A DNA stretch of 37,977 nt, taken from contig NW_021829633.1 of assembly GCF_006345805.1 (NCBI RefSeq), forward strand, positions 1 to 37,977, in the 5' to 3' direction. This document shows, piece by piece, positions 1 to 12,563 of this stretch. Origin of the DNA: Octopus sinensis. Lineage: Eukaryota. Under the pieces are notes generated by a model. It saw only the letters and a program-made list of their open reading frames with translations. It had not been told where the DNA came from and searched no databases. The position numbers were made by a program, and so were the translations under genes. Position 1 is the first letter of the stretch, and each line of letters opens with the position of its first letter.

Positions 1-63
1 GTATACATATTTAAGTATGTATATATTTATATATGCTTATATGTGTGTGTGTAACGTATATAG

Positions 64-100
<37 letters not shown>

Positions 101-101
<1 letters not shown>

Positions 102-470
102 TAGCAGTATCGCCCGGCGTTGCTCAGGTTTGTAGGGAAATAACTATAAAGCATTTTTAGAGAGTTATAGCCAAAAAATATAAAAAAAATGGAAAAAAAT
201 GATGGTAAATTTTTTTTCGAGAGTTAAAAAGGTGGAGTTGCGTCCCCTAGACGGTCTGTGGTTTGGGTTTCTGATTCTCGACCCCATGTCGAATTTATCG
301 ATTTTTTTCAGAACTGGGGGAATTTTTCAAAATTTCGCTGCGTAGTTTTGAATATGACATTGGGCTATGTGTGTGTCAATTTTTCATCAGAATCGGTTGA
401 AAGCCGTGTTCAGAGTGAAGGTACGAGAAAACAGACACACAGAAAACGCACAGACAAACTGCCGTTTATA
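101..470 (-). mobile_element. Non-autonomous Helitron, Lep1-like, inserted in a (TA)n tract
   Basis: The minus strand ends CCTGAGCAACGCCGGG-CGATACTG-CTAG|T, a subterminal hairpin plus CTAG 3' end at 101-104. The other end carries 'aatttttcatcagaatcggttgaa...acagacacacaga...cagacaaact', which resembles Lep1-type Helitron ends as I recall them. Both flanks are (TA)n. Confidence 0.65.
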
Positions 471-521
471 TATATATATATATATAATATATATATATAT
501 ATATGCAAGTATGTATGTATG

Positions 522-552
<31 letters not shown>

Positions 553-1018
553 ATATATATTCTCTACCGCTTCGTGCGAGGTACTTTGTTCATGACAATC
601 CGTGTCACCTCGTCTCACCCGCTCTCAACTATCACGCCATTTGTGCGCCGTACTGCACCTTCATTGATTCCCCTTCTGTGAGAAAAGCGATAAGCGTTGT
701 TGTGTGTGAGCGCACGTGGGTCAGAATTTTGCAATAAAATATATTAATAGAAGGAGAGGTATGGAAATGCATGCATACAAACATACATACACACACACGT
801 ATAAATATGTTTGTACGTGTACATACATATAAGTAAATAAATGACTCACAAATGTCCATATCTATCTTTCTATCTATCTATTGACTTAGCTCTACCTCTC
901 TCTCTCCCTTTTCTTTTCTGTATATAATATATATATATATATATATATGCATACATACGCATACATACATTATTACATACATGCAGACAGGCAGGCTGAC
1001 TAATAGACAGATGGATGA

Positions 1019-1070
<52 letters not shown>

Positions 1071-1256
1071 TCATACAGACAGATATGTAGATAGTAGATA
1101 GATTCAGAGATAGGTTAACGGAGTTTATTTTATAATTCTAAAGAAAATCATAAAGTTTCAAAGGCAAAATAAAAAGTCAATCTGAGAGTGAGAGAAAGAG
1201 AGAAGAGAGATAAATACAGACAGAGCGACAGTCAGACAGACAGACAGATAGATAGT

Positions 1257-1290
<34 letters not shown>

Positions 1291-1854
1291 AGGGGGGGGC
1301 AGAAAGAGATGCTAAGAGGGTGAGAGAGAGAAAGAGAGAGAGAGAAGTTTATATATATAGTGGAAGATAGAGATACAATGTAAAATAAACAAACAAGTAA
1401 GAATTAATATAACTTATTACATTTATTACTTTTTCCCTTTTTTTAGCGCCTTAAGTAATTTCGTTAAACCCCGGAAATAATAGCTAATTCTTATGGCCGA
1501 CAGATGCTGCACGCTGTCGTCTGCTCCATTCATAATTCAATATCCATACAAATTATATCGTCATCTTTACGCGGTTAATAAAACTGTCGAGGGAAAAATT
1601 TTTCTGGAATAGGTTTTTTTATTTGTGTTTTCTAGAAATTTTGTTCAAAATATCTTTTGTTTGTAAGAGTTTTTATATGTTCACGTGTGCCTTATTGTAT
1701 AAAACATATATGTATGTGTGCAAAAGTATGCGAGTGTATGTTCATATGTTCAATATTCATTAGCTTATGAATATAAATATATCTATATCTATATCTGTAT
1801 ATATATTCTATATGTCTATATATCTATATGTCTATATATTTATATCTATATCTA

Positions 1855-1937
<83 letters not shown>

Positions 1938-2020
1938 ATACATGTAAACCACAAGCACATATTTATGAACGTGTATGGTTTAGGACAGAAATATTTATGC
2001 GTTTTGTGTATAAGTCAGCA

Positions 2021-2945
2021 CGAAGGTCGGCTGAAAAATCCATAGGCTGATCAAGATATTCTCATGGAATGTGACTAAATGAGATTTATTTTTTAAGATA
2101 GTATAGCCCTTTTGCAGTCCACACACTTTTTACATTGGTGTTGCAGTGGCTTTTATCCCATTGATCAAGTAGCTCTCATTCCGTTGTTCAAGAAAGTCAT
2201 CAACAGCAATATGACGTAATCATCACCGCGATACTGATTCCCAGCCAAGTGTTTTTTCATGTTGGGGAACAGATAATTGTCAGATAGGGCCAAACCAGGA
2301 GAATAGGGAGGTTGATCAACCAGTCCAAAGCCACAGTCATGCACAGCAGTCCTTGAAACTAAGGACTTGTGTACTGGAACGTTGTCCTCATGAAACAAGA
2401 CTCCTTTCGTCAGTTTCCCTGGACGAATGGTCTTGAAAGCCCTTCGAAACTGCCTCAGTAAGTTAGCATAGCATTCTCTATTGATGGTGTTGGCCTTCTG
2501 AAGATAGTCAATGAACACAATGCTTTTTGTAGTCCCAAAACTGAAGCCGTCACCTTCCCTGCATATGAAACGACCTTGGCCTTCTTTGGAACAAGTGAGG
2601 ATGGGTCTTTCCACTGCATGGATGTCTTTGTCTGTGGTTCAAAGTGATGAACCCATCACTAATCCTGGGTTAGAATACGTTCGAGGAAAGCAGCTGATTC
2701 TGCTTCAAATACTGTTGTATTTTCCTGCGATATGATCAAACTCGTGCACTTTTCATTCGGGTGTTAGAAAACGTGGCACACACCGAGCAGAAACCTTCGT
2801 CATACCTTGTTCACTTCGCAGAACATCCTCAACTCTCTCATGGATATGCTAATAGCATTGGCTGTTTTATTTATTGTCAACCGCCCGTCATCCATCGCCA
2901 TGTAGTGAACACAATCAATGTTTTCTTCGGTGGTGACAGTTGCAA
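2021..2945 (-). mobile_element. Decayed mariner (DD34D) transposon with one TIR-like end
   Basis: Manual minus-strand translation gives MTKVSARCVPRFLT (WVPHEL-type motif, ~2762-2803), FLERILTQD**WVHHFEPQTK (first catalytic D), GVLFHEDNVPVHKS (second D) and PPYSPGLALSDNYLFPNMKKHLAG (YSPDLAPSD motif). Stops and frameshifts are present. The TIR-like 'cgaaggtcggctgaaaa' starts at 2021. Confidence 0.9.
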
Positions 2946-2954
2946 ACCTACCGT

Positions 2955-3235
2955 GAATTCACATGCAGAGGTAATTCTAGTAATTGTCCTCTAGGGCAGG
3001 TATGCAATATATCCTCCGTCGTCTATGAAGCAGGTGTATCAGCAAAGTGTGGTAACGGTTGAACAGAGATCAAGCGTTATATTGGATCAATGGAAGGAAA
3101 ATTAAAATCCAGATACAATCACCTTTGGACCTTTAGGTACCGTGAGAAGAGGCATACAACAACCCTTTCGGCATTAATCTGGAAACTTTAAGACAAAAAC
3201 ACTAACTGCAACATCAAATGGAAAACTTTTCCGAA
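2955..3235 (+). mobile_element. Penelope-like element GIY-YIG endonuclease fragment (pseudogenised)
   Basis: Manual translation: TCRGNSSNCPLGQVCNISSVVYEAGV...*TEIKRYIGSMEGKLKSRYNHLWTF...TTLSALIWKL*DKNTNCNIKWK. This has the CxxCPL..C..VVY...YIG...RY.H pattern of PLE GIY-YIG domains, with two in-frame stops. It is absent from the ORF track. Confidence 0.8.
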
Positions 3236-3271
3236 ACTTTACCTAATATTAACGAGTCAAAAAGGTGATTG

Positions 3272-3410
3272 ACAGTTCGGCAAAAGTGACGGATAGAAAA
3301 AGTACTAGGCTTACAAAGAATAAGTCCTGGGAGCGATTTGCTCGACTAAAGGCGGTGCTCCAGCATGGCTGGCAGTCAAATGACTGAACAAACAGAGTAA
3401 AAGAAAAAAG
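3272..3410 (+). mobile_element. 3' part of SINE family A
   Basis: Matches the tail of the full copy at 26946-27358 (gttcggcaaaag...ctccagcatggc...gactgaa...gtaaaaga). Confidence 0.8.
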
Positions 3411-3743
3411 AATATCTATATATATTAATATATATATATATTATATATATATATATATATTATATGTATGTATGTATGCATGTATGTATTGCATCTCTTT
3501 GTTTTTTTTTTTTTTTAACTGGTTTCAGTCATTAGACTGTGGCCATGGTGGAGCACCGACCTCAATTGAATGGATCGAGCTCAGTACTTATTTAAAAAAA
3601 AAACCTGGTGCGTATTCTATCGATTTCTTTTGTCGAATCACTAAATTACCGGACGTAAACAAACCAGCGTCGGTCGTCGAGCGATAGTAACATAACAAAC
3701 ACATCCACCCACATGCACACACATACAACACACGCATATCTAC

Positions 3744-3803
<60 letters not shown>

Positions 3804-3807
3804 GTAT

Positions 3808-3853
<46 letters not shown>

Positions 3854-4119
3854 TATATAATATATATTATACATATATATATATACATATGTATAATATA
3901 TATATATATAGAGAGAGAGAGAGGGGAGGGGAGAAACACACGCGTGCACATAAATATCCATACACGCACGCACGCATACACATATATATTATATATATAT
4001 ATGGACATATATATAATATTAATCTATATATATATGTATGTATATATATATATATATATATATATTTGTGTGTGGTGTGTGTGTGTGTTGTGTGTGTGTA
4101 TGTGTGTGTATGTGTGTGT

Positions 4120-4166
<47 letters not shown>

Positions 4167-4442
4167 ATCACCAACACACGCCGAAGACGGGTTACCACCT
4201 AGAACCTCGACTTCGTATGTATCACGTAAGGATAGAGATGGGAGTGATGACCTCCCCTCGAAAATACTAAACGAACACAGAATGTGTGTCGTTAGCCAGC
4301 TGGAGGAGATGTCTTCCTGGGGCTATAAACATCAGTAGCACTGTCCTGTATAGGACGTCACACTTAGTTGGCAAACACATGATACGGTTCCGTACTGCGA
4401 ATGTTTATGTCTCGGTCAGAGATTTAATATAGCATTCTCTCT

Positions 4443-4477
<35 letters not shown>

Positions 4478-4581
4478 TATAAGTTAGAAGTGTTTAAAAC
4501 ATTTAAGTAATAATTAAGTGCAAAGGCGTGCGCGCGCGTGCGTGTGTGTGCGTGTGTACGAACGAATATATATACATATTA

Positions 4582-4613
<32 letters not shown>

Positions 4614-5065
4614 TGCATACAGAAAAGCGAACGAACGCATCGGCAGACGGAGCGAGACAGATGAATGACAGATCGCTGTATAGAAATAGGCAGGAATGCC
4701 TCTTTGCAGGCGTGCAATCGCATATGTACGATTTTGAGTACTGTATGAATAGGTGATCGCGAACTCATCGTATTTGTAAATATTTGTGTGTCCGTGTGTT
4801 TGTGCAAGTGACTTCATTCATGTATGAATATGCATGTGTATGTGAACGTAATATTTTTTAGATTATACTTTAAACACTTTAAACATCAATGTTTATGTTT
4901 GAAGACTTGTGTAAAACAATGGATAACTATGCGCGTGTGTGTGTGTGTGTGTTTGTATTTACGTATCTATATGAATATATAGTATACAGACATACACACA
5001 CAAACACACATGTATATATATAAATATATATATATACACACATATATATATATATATATATACTC

Positions 5066-5610
5066 TAGGCACAAGGTCCGAAATTTTATTTTTGGGTAAG
5101 GGGCAGTCGAGTAGATCGACCCCAGTAATCAAATGGTACTTAATTTATCGACCCCGAAAGGATGAAAGGCAAAGTCGACCGCGGCGGAATTTGAACTCAG
5201 AACGTAGCGGCAGACGAAATACCTATTTCTTTACTACCCACAAGGGGCTTAACACAGAGAGGACAAACAAGGACAGACAAACGGATTAAGTCGATTATAT
5301 CGACCCCAGTGCGTAATTGGTACTTATTTAATCGACCCCGAAAGGATGAAAGGTAAAGTCGACCTCGGCGGAATTTGAACTCAGAACGTAGCGGCAGACG
5401 AAATACCACTAAGCATTTCGCCCGGCGTGCTAACGTTTGTTATTTCTTTATTGCCCTCAAGGGGCCAAACATGGAGGGGACAAACAAGGACAGACAAAGG
5501 GATTAATTTGATTACATCGACCTCAGTGCGTAACTGGTACTTAATTTATCGACCCCGAAAGGATGAAAGGCAAAGTCGACCTCGGGGGAATTTGAACTCA
5601 GAACGTAGCG
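5066..5610 (-). mobile_element. Three stacked partial copies of SINE family B
   Basis: The block 'ggtacttaatttatcgaccccgaaaggatgaaaggcaaagtcgacctcggcggaatttgaactcagaacgtagcg' recurs at ~5134, ~5319 and ~5537. The B-box GAGTTCAAATTCC is on the minus strand. Confidence 0.85.
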
Positions 5611-5719
5611 ACATAACGAGTTCCTAGTAAGAAAAACAAAACAAATGCGTGGGGTAAGTTTGGTAGCGACCACATTAATTAATAATGTTCGCGCGAAATT
5701 TAAATATCCACATGTAGAT

Positions 5720-5945
5720 ATTTGTTTGTTCCTTCTCGAGCCACGCCTGGCTCATTAGGGCCGGTTTCCCGGTTTCCTTGGCGTATAGGTTCCCCACCTG
5801 GACGGGACGTCGGTACGTCGTTAGTGAGCTGCAAAATGCAGGAGGAAAGATTGAGAGAAAGTTGTGGCGAAAGAGTCAGCAGATGTTCGCCATTACCTTC
5901 TGCCGGAGCCGCGTGGAGCTTAGGGGTTTTGCTCATAAACACACA
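5720..5945 (-). mobile_element. 5'-truncated SINE family C body with an alternative (L2-type) tail
   Basis: Shares 'gagagaaagttgtggcgaaagag...ccggagcc...gagcttagg...ttttgctcataaacac' with the copies at 21531-21922 and 33161-33471, but has a different 3' segment at 5720-5830. Confidence 0.65.
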
Positions 5946-5955
5946 CATAATAATA

Positions 5956-6109
5956 GAGTGGCTGTGTGGTAAGTAGCTTGCTTACCAACCACATGGTTCC
6001 GGGTTCAGTCCCACTGCATGGCACCTTGGACAAGTATCTTCTACTATAGCCTCGGGCCAACCAAAGCCTTGTGAGTGGAATTTAGTAGACGGAAACTGAA
6101 AGAAGCCTG

Positions 6110-6155
<46 letters not shown>

Positions 6156-6385
6156 TTACACACACACACAAATATCTGTGTGTGTGTGTATTTGTGTGTA
6201 TTTGTCTCCCACCACCGCTTTGGTGTTTATGTCCTTGCAACTTACCGGTTTGGCATAAGAAACGATAGAATAAGCACCAGGCTTTACTAATAAATTACAA
6301 TAATGCGGTCGATTCGTTCGACTAAAACTCTTCAATCGCTGCTCCAGTATGGCCGCAGTCTAATGAGTGAAACAAGTAAAAGATA
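5956..6385 (+). mobile_element. SINE family A (tRNA head, CORE-like segment, internal microsatellite)
   Basis: A-box GTGGCTGTGTGG, B-box GGTTCAGTCCC, 'gcaccttggacaagtatcttctact', internal (CA)n and tail 'gaaacaagtaaaaga'. Confidence 0.85.
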
Positions 6386-6802
6386 AGAGGTAATATATAT
6401 ATATATTCATAATGCATGAATATATACATGTTGTATATATTAAACTCGCACATGTTTACATATATGTATATATAAAACTTGAATGCTTCTATTCGTTTAT
6501 GCATGTATGTATGTACATATGGGAGTTGTAATGTAAATTAAATATGTTTTACACACTGCAAACATAGTCTGATACAAAACTCAATATACTGCGTAGAGTG
6601 GATAGATATATATTTAATACCAAATGTTTTGTTGACAGTCGATTTTGAATTTCCAACGCAGCTAGACTGTTCAGAACTAACCTGAAGAGCCCGCCTACGG
6701 CGTAACTCACACAGGTGTCAACATTTGACCTAATACATGGACGCGCGCGTACACCCCGCTCGCCGCAAAATCAAATATACATTTGTGTATATAGCTACAT
6801 TT

Positions 6803-6947
<145 letters not shown>

Positions 6948-6948
<1 letters not shown>

Positions 6949-7293
6949 CTCTTTACTCTTACTCTTTTACTTGTTTTAGTCATTTGACAGTGGCCATGCT
7001 GGAGCACCATCTTTAGTCGGGCAAATCGACCCCAGGATTTATTCCTTGTAAGCTTAGTACTTATTCTGTCAGTCTCTTTTGCCGAGCCGCTAAGTTACGG
7101 TGACGTAAACACACGAGCAACGGTTGTCAAGCGATGATGGGGTGGGGGCACAAACACACAAACACATGCACACACACACACATATATACGTCGGGCTTCT
7201 TTCAGTTTCCGTCTACCAAATCCACTCACAAAGCTTTGATCGACTAAGCTATAGTAGAAGACACTTGCCCAAGGTGCCACGCCGTGAGACTGA
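6948..7293 (-). mobile_element. SINE family A, 5'-truncated
   Basis: Reverse complement of the family A tail and body, ending in the B-box region beside an (AAT)n tract. Confidence 0.85.
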
Positions 7294-8064
7294 ATAATAA
7301 TAATAATAATAATAATCATGATAATAATAATAATTTCTTGTATTTTCCACAGGGGGCTTAGATGAGGGGACATCACACGGACACTTTACAATTTGTATTT
7401 GTGGGGAGGGCGATACATGAAAGATGAATGGAAAGAAGAAGAAAAAACGGTGAAAGGAGATAAAAGTATACATATACAAATATGCATGAATGATGCAGAC
7501 CTCACAGAGGCTTCAGGTAAGGGGCGGGGACAGTTTATAAATTGCACGGGGTTGGTGTGTGCATGCAGAACTGCGAGAAACCAAATAGTTTCTTGCTGTG
7601 GTGGGTGGTGGGGTTTTACAGGTGTCGAAAAAACAAAAAAACAAAAAACAAAAAAAAAGAAACAGTATCAGTAATTCGCGTTCGAATCTCCCAGAATCTA
7701 TTTATATTGCACAGCTACAATACACATACACACACATATATGTATTAATATAGTGTGTGTGCGTATGTGTGTGTATACGATTTTTAAAACATTTGTTAGA
7801 AAGACAACAAAGGAACGAACGTTGACATGCTTTTCCCTCGTCAGTTATCGTCCCAAAACAAGAATTTCACTCCTTTAACGATAATATTGTTCATTTTGGT
7901 AGCGTCAACAGCAAATAGCTGCTGGGAATAAAGGTCGATGATGAAAACAAACATGATACAGGTAATTGGTATAGAAGTAAATAAATGTATAAACAATACA
8001 TATACACACATATAAATAAATATATATGAAACGTATGGTATGCAGTAAATTGAAGAGAAATGGT

Positions 8065-8070
8065 ACTTAC
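8065..8070 (-). other. 5' splice donor GTAAGT of the giant exon
   Basis: Perfect consensus donor exactly where GC-rich coding-like sequence gives way to AT-rich intron-like sequence. Confidence 0.8.
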
Positions 8071-9151
8071 GCGCATTCCTGGAGTATCGGAGATTTGGGC
8101 GAAGCCTTTCGGCCTTGCCCCACAGTATTTGGTGGTCGAAGAGCTGACCAGCTTGGCTGGATCATAGTCAGTGGATTGCAACAGATGGTGATGGTGATAG
8201 TAGTGGTGGTGGTGGTGATGCGACGAGAGTGCCGCTGCCGCCGCTGCGGCTGCCGGTTCGCTCAGCATGTATTCAGTGGGTTGATGTAGATGGTGATGCA
8301 AATGATGATGGTGGTAGTAGTGGTGATTGGGATAGTGCGCTTCGGCGGCGGCGGCGGCGGCCGCAGCGGCTGCGGCTGCGGCGGCGGGCGTGGCGGTAGC
8401 GGTGGTAGCGGCGGCGGCAGCGGCGGCGAGGGGCGACGGTAGCAGAGGCGGCGGGTGTGGCGGTGGGTGCAGCGGCGGCGGCGGCGGTGGTGGTGGGGGC
8501 GGTGACGGTTGAGGTGGGGCTTGCTGTAGTGGAACGTGAAGTGAACGTTGGTGTTGTTGTTGTTGCTGCTGCTGCTGCTGCTGCTGTTGCTGCAGCAGCG
8601 GCGGCACCGGTGGTGGGGGTGGTGGTGGTGGTGGTGGTGGTTGTGTTTGAATTTGGGGTTGTCTCGGTATTATTCTGGTCCGGAGATGACCATCGCCTAA
8701 TCCGGCGGCACTAGCCGATGTAACAACTCCAAACATCCCACCCACACCACTAGTGATACCACTACCCATGCTACCACCTATACCACTAGAATGGTACTGG
8801 ATCGTTCTGGCGTCAGCTAACAAGCAACTATTAGTTTTGGTGTTGTTGTTGTTGTTGTTGTTGTTATGTTTGTTGTTGCTGCTGTAGTGCCGTATACTGA
8901 CGCTAGGGACGGTGGTGATGGTGTTGTTGTGGTGATGGTGGCGGTGGTGGTTACTGCTGCTGATATTGCTGTTGTTGTTGTTGCCGTTCGTTGCCGTGGT
9001 GATAGCATTATATCTGCAAGTGCTTCTTCGTTGGCAAGCGCCACCATTATCATCATGGCGATCATCGTCATCATCATCATCATCATTGTCATCATCATCG
9101 TCGTCATCAACACCATCAATATCGTTGCCGTCGTCATCATTATCATCATCG

Positions 9152-9183
<32 letters not shown>

Positions 9184-9903
9184 GGTGCCACCGTCGACAC
9201 CATCATCATCGTCGTCGTCGTCGTCGTCGTCGTCATCATCATCGTCGTCATCATCACCATCATCGACGTCGTCGCCATAGTTATCGGTACTGATATAGTT
9301 GTGGTTGTTGTTGTTGCTGTTATTGTTATTGTTGTTGTTATGGCTGCGATCGCTGTTGGACTGACCAACTCTTAGACCAACACCACGACCACGTACTCCA
9401 CCACCACCGCCACCGCCACCACCATTACCAACACTACCAACACTACCACCACCACCACCACCGCCAACACCTCCACTACTACTAGTACCACCGCATCCAA
9501 TACCACCGCCGCCGTCAGCCACTCCACCATCGCCCTCACCACCACCATCACCATCACCATCACCACCACCACTACCACCCCTAACGCCACTACATCCGAT
9601 ACTGTAATTACTGTCAAAACCAGCGCCGCCAACACTCGTCGCTGCTGTCAGAGTCAGTGTGTCAGTTGTGATGTAATGGCTAGCATCCTGATAAGAATCA
9701 CTTGCAATGGTCAAGCCGGCCGAATTGCAGTCAGACAAGGTGCCGTTCGTGGCCGTAATGGTCAGTCTGTGGAATGGTCTCCTGGGAACGATCAGAGATC
9801 TTCGTGGTGGCCGGAGCACCAGAGGTGGTATCTGACCGGCCGAATGATGCGCTGGTCCGGCTTGTCGACGATACGGCTGAAGTTGCTGCTGCTGCTGCTG
9901 TAG

Positions 9904-9938
<35 letters not shown>

Positions 9939-10677
9939 CATGTTGTTGTTGATGTGAATGTGGCGATGTTTGCGTCTGTTCGGTTGCGCGCTTTTGTGGT
10001 CGCGTTTTCTGCAGCAAATGTTGACGGCGGCGTGGGTGGTGATGATAAAGGTAGCGGTGGTGGTGATGGTGGTGGTGGTGGTGGTGGTGATGGTGGTGTT
10101 GGTGGTGTGAACGGCGCTGTGGAGGTAGTAGTAGCGGTGGCGGCGGCGGCGGCGGCGGCTGCGGTGGCGGTGGTGGTGGTGCATGCGGTGGTGGTGGTGC
10201 TTGCGGTGGTGGTGCTTGCGATGGTGGTGCTTTTTGTTGTAGTTGCGGCTGTGGTGGTGTTGATGGTTTTGGTGCTGTTGGTGGTGGTGGTGGTGGTGGT
10301 GGTGGTGGTGGTGCATGTATTGTCTGGGGAGGAAACATTGGTGCAGCTAGGTGCATTGTTGTTGCTGTTTGCAAGACTGGAGATGCAGTGGTTGCAGGGG
10401 TGGTGTGTTGTGATGGTGGTGGCGGCATTGCAGTGAAGATGGGGGATGCAGGCCTCACAGGAGCTATTCCGTAACCCGATTCTAGTCCTATTGATGACGA
10501 CGACAACAACAACGATGACGATGACGATGACGATGATGATGATGATGATATGATGATGATGATGATGATAGCGACGATGATGACGACGACGACGCTGATG
10601 ACAATGACACCGATGACAATAACGATGATGAGAGGACTGGTGTTAAAGATGTGGCTAATGACAATGATGATGACGAC

Positions 10678-10718
<41 letters not shown>

Positions 10719-12055
10719 CGACGACGATGATGATGATGATGACGGTGGTGGTGGTGGTGGAAGTGGTAGGGGTTGTGTTGATGATGCTGACGCTGAAATT
10801 GTATCGATACCTGTGCCGTCATCGGGGCTGCCACCACCATCACCACCGCCTTCACCACCGCCATCACCACCGCCACCGCTACGGCCGCCATCAAGATCAC
10901 TTCCGGTTATCCTGCGTCCACCATTGCTCCCAACTCTTCCTCCTCCTACTTTTCCTCCTCGGCCCTCTTCTTTAACCACGTTATGAAAATTGTCCAGTTC
11001 ACCACTCCCGCCACCACCACCACCACCACCACCATCATCATCACCACCACCACCACCACCACCACCACCACCAACAGCACCAACACCAACGCCAATACTT
11101 GCAGCAACACTGCAGCCGCTCGGTGCACACGGCGTCACTAACAGTGCAGGTGAGACAGTTGTGGATCTTGGTTTAGCAGCAGCAGCAGCAGCATTTGCTG
11201 CAACAAAAACAGCAGCAGCAGTACTAGCAACAACAGTAGCAGCAGCAGCAACGGTATCGGTGTCTGGGTCCGTTTGAGCTGCTTCGGTTAGTGTTGCTGT
11301 TGTTGGTGTTGATGATGATGATGATGACGACGACAATGATGGTGGTGGTGGTAATGATGATGATGATGATGGTGATAACGACATTGAGAAGTTAGCAGCG
11401 TTCGTCAATAAGCGCTTACGACCACGTCTTCCGTCCGGGACGTCGTCTTCGTTTCCTTCGCCGGCGCCCTGGACGCTGCCGTCAGCAACGCCGTCTACAA
11501 CGACGTCGACGTTAACGCCGACGTCCGGCGTCGAGTTCGCCGTCGCTGCTGCGGACGACGCCAGCGCCCGCTTTCTACTACCGTCATTGCACGGCATTCT
11601 AAAAGCGTCGCTGTTCTCTTCGAGGTTGACGCGCCGTTGCAAGGCGGCGGCGACGCTACTCTCATGCCGTTCCTGACCAATTATCAAAGCCGTAGTGGGG
11701 TGGTGGAGCAGAGAATGCAAGCGATTGTGGTGGAGCAGGTAGGAGGGATGGACATATAAATGAGGATGGGCCTGTCCCTTCCCCATTGACCTCTCCTCTT
11801 CTATTTCTAATACCTCTACATCTTTGCTATCTTTTTGTTCGTCTTCCTCTTTACCGGTGGCAATTTGCATGCTCCTACCATTGCTGCTGCTGCTGCTGAT
11901 GCAGTTGCTGCTGCTGCTGCTGTTGTTGTTGTTATGGCTACTTCTGTTGTTGTTGTTGTTATTGTTGTTACCGCTGTCCGCTATGACAAAGATATCCCCA
12001 TAGCAGCTATAGTTGTGGTTGTTGTTATTGTTGCCATCGTTGACGCTATTCACGT

Positions 12056-12129
<74 letters not shown>

Positions 12130-12225
12130 ATTCTGCCACTGATGCTTCTACTGTGACTATTGTTACTAATACTCGGACTACGAACAACACCACCACCACC
12201 ACCACCTCCGCCTTCACTTCTCACA

Positions 12226-12272
<47 letters not shown>

Positions 12273-12563
12273 GCCACCACCACCACCACCACCACCACCA
12301 TCACCACCACGACGACCACCACCACCATAGTTACTGCCGATCCTGTTGCGATTGTTGTTGTCATTGCTGTCGCTGCGGTTGTTGTTGCTATTGTTATTGC
12401 TACCGCTGCTGCTGCTGCTGCTGCCGCCACCGCTGCTACCGCCGCTGCAACCGCCGCCGCCGCCGCTGGCCATCGGATGCACGATGCTCATTCGCCGGCA
12501 TGAAGCATTCATCAAACCTGGGTAACTACCAGCTGATAACCACGGGTACATACAGCTTGCCAT
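8071..12563 (-). CDS. Giant first coding exon (~1,498 aa) of an unidentified low-complexity, probably nuclear, protein; one-base frameshift at ~10550
   Basis: The acceptor is tttctttctgtttgttttgcAG (AG = 12594-12593). An in-frame TGA lies upstream of ATG 12563. The donor is CGC|GTAAGT after ...ISDTPGMR (8071|8070). The span is 4493 nt; adding one base gives 4494 = 1498 codons and a phase-0 intron. The two track ORFs (10488-12563 and 7891-10512) join if one G is restored in 'gatgatgat-a-tgatgat' at 10549-10550. The exon is a GC-rich island with only trinucleotide repeats amid dinucleotide-rich DNA. Confidence 0.8.

Noticed and set aside
612-690. Candidate small minus-strand exon (cttttctcacag ... 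gtgaga)
   Set aside because: Phase 0 hits a stop immediately, the peptide in the open frame is unrecognisable, and the splice signals could be chance.
5066-5610. Regularly repeated block as a CRISPR-like array
   Set aside because: The repeats are long SINE segments with homologous rather than unique spacers, in a eukaryotic context with no cas genes.
7891-8070. C-terminal tail of the 873-aa ORF (VSTISLQF...LTLPK)
   Set aside because: It lies past a perfect GTAAGT donor in AT-rich sequence and is most likely intron read-through.
8457-12503. Plus-strand and alternate-frame ORFs overlapping the giant exon
   Set aside because: Stop-free frames are expected in trinucleotide tracts; only one frame links the ATG, the complex islands and the donor.
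12546-12563. MYPW near the N-terminus as a Hox hexapeptide (YPWM)
   Set aside because: The motif is YPWL at the extreme N-terminus, ~1,490 aa before the exon end, and no homeodomain is seen in the window.
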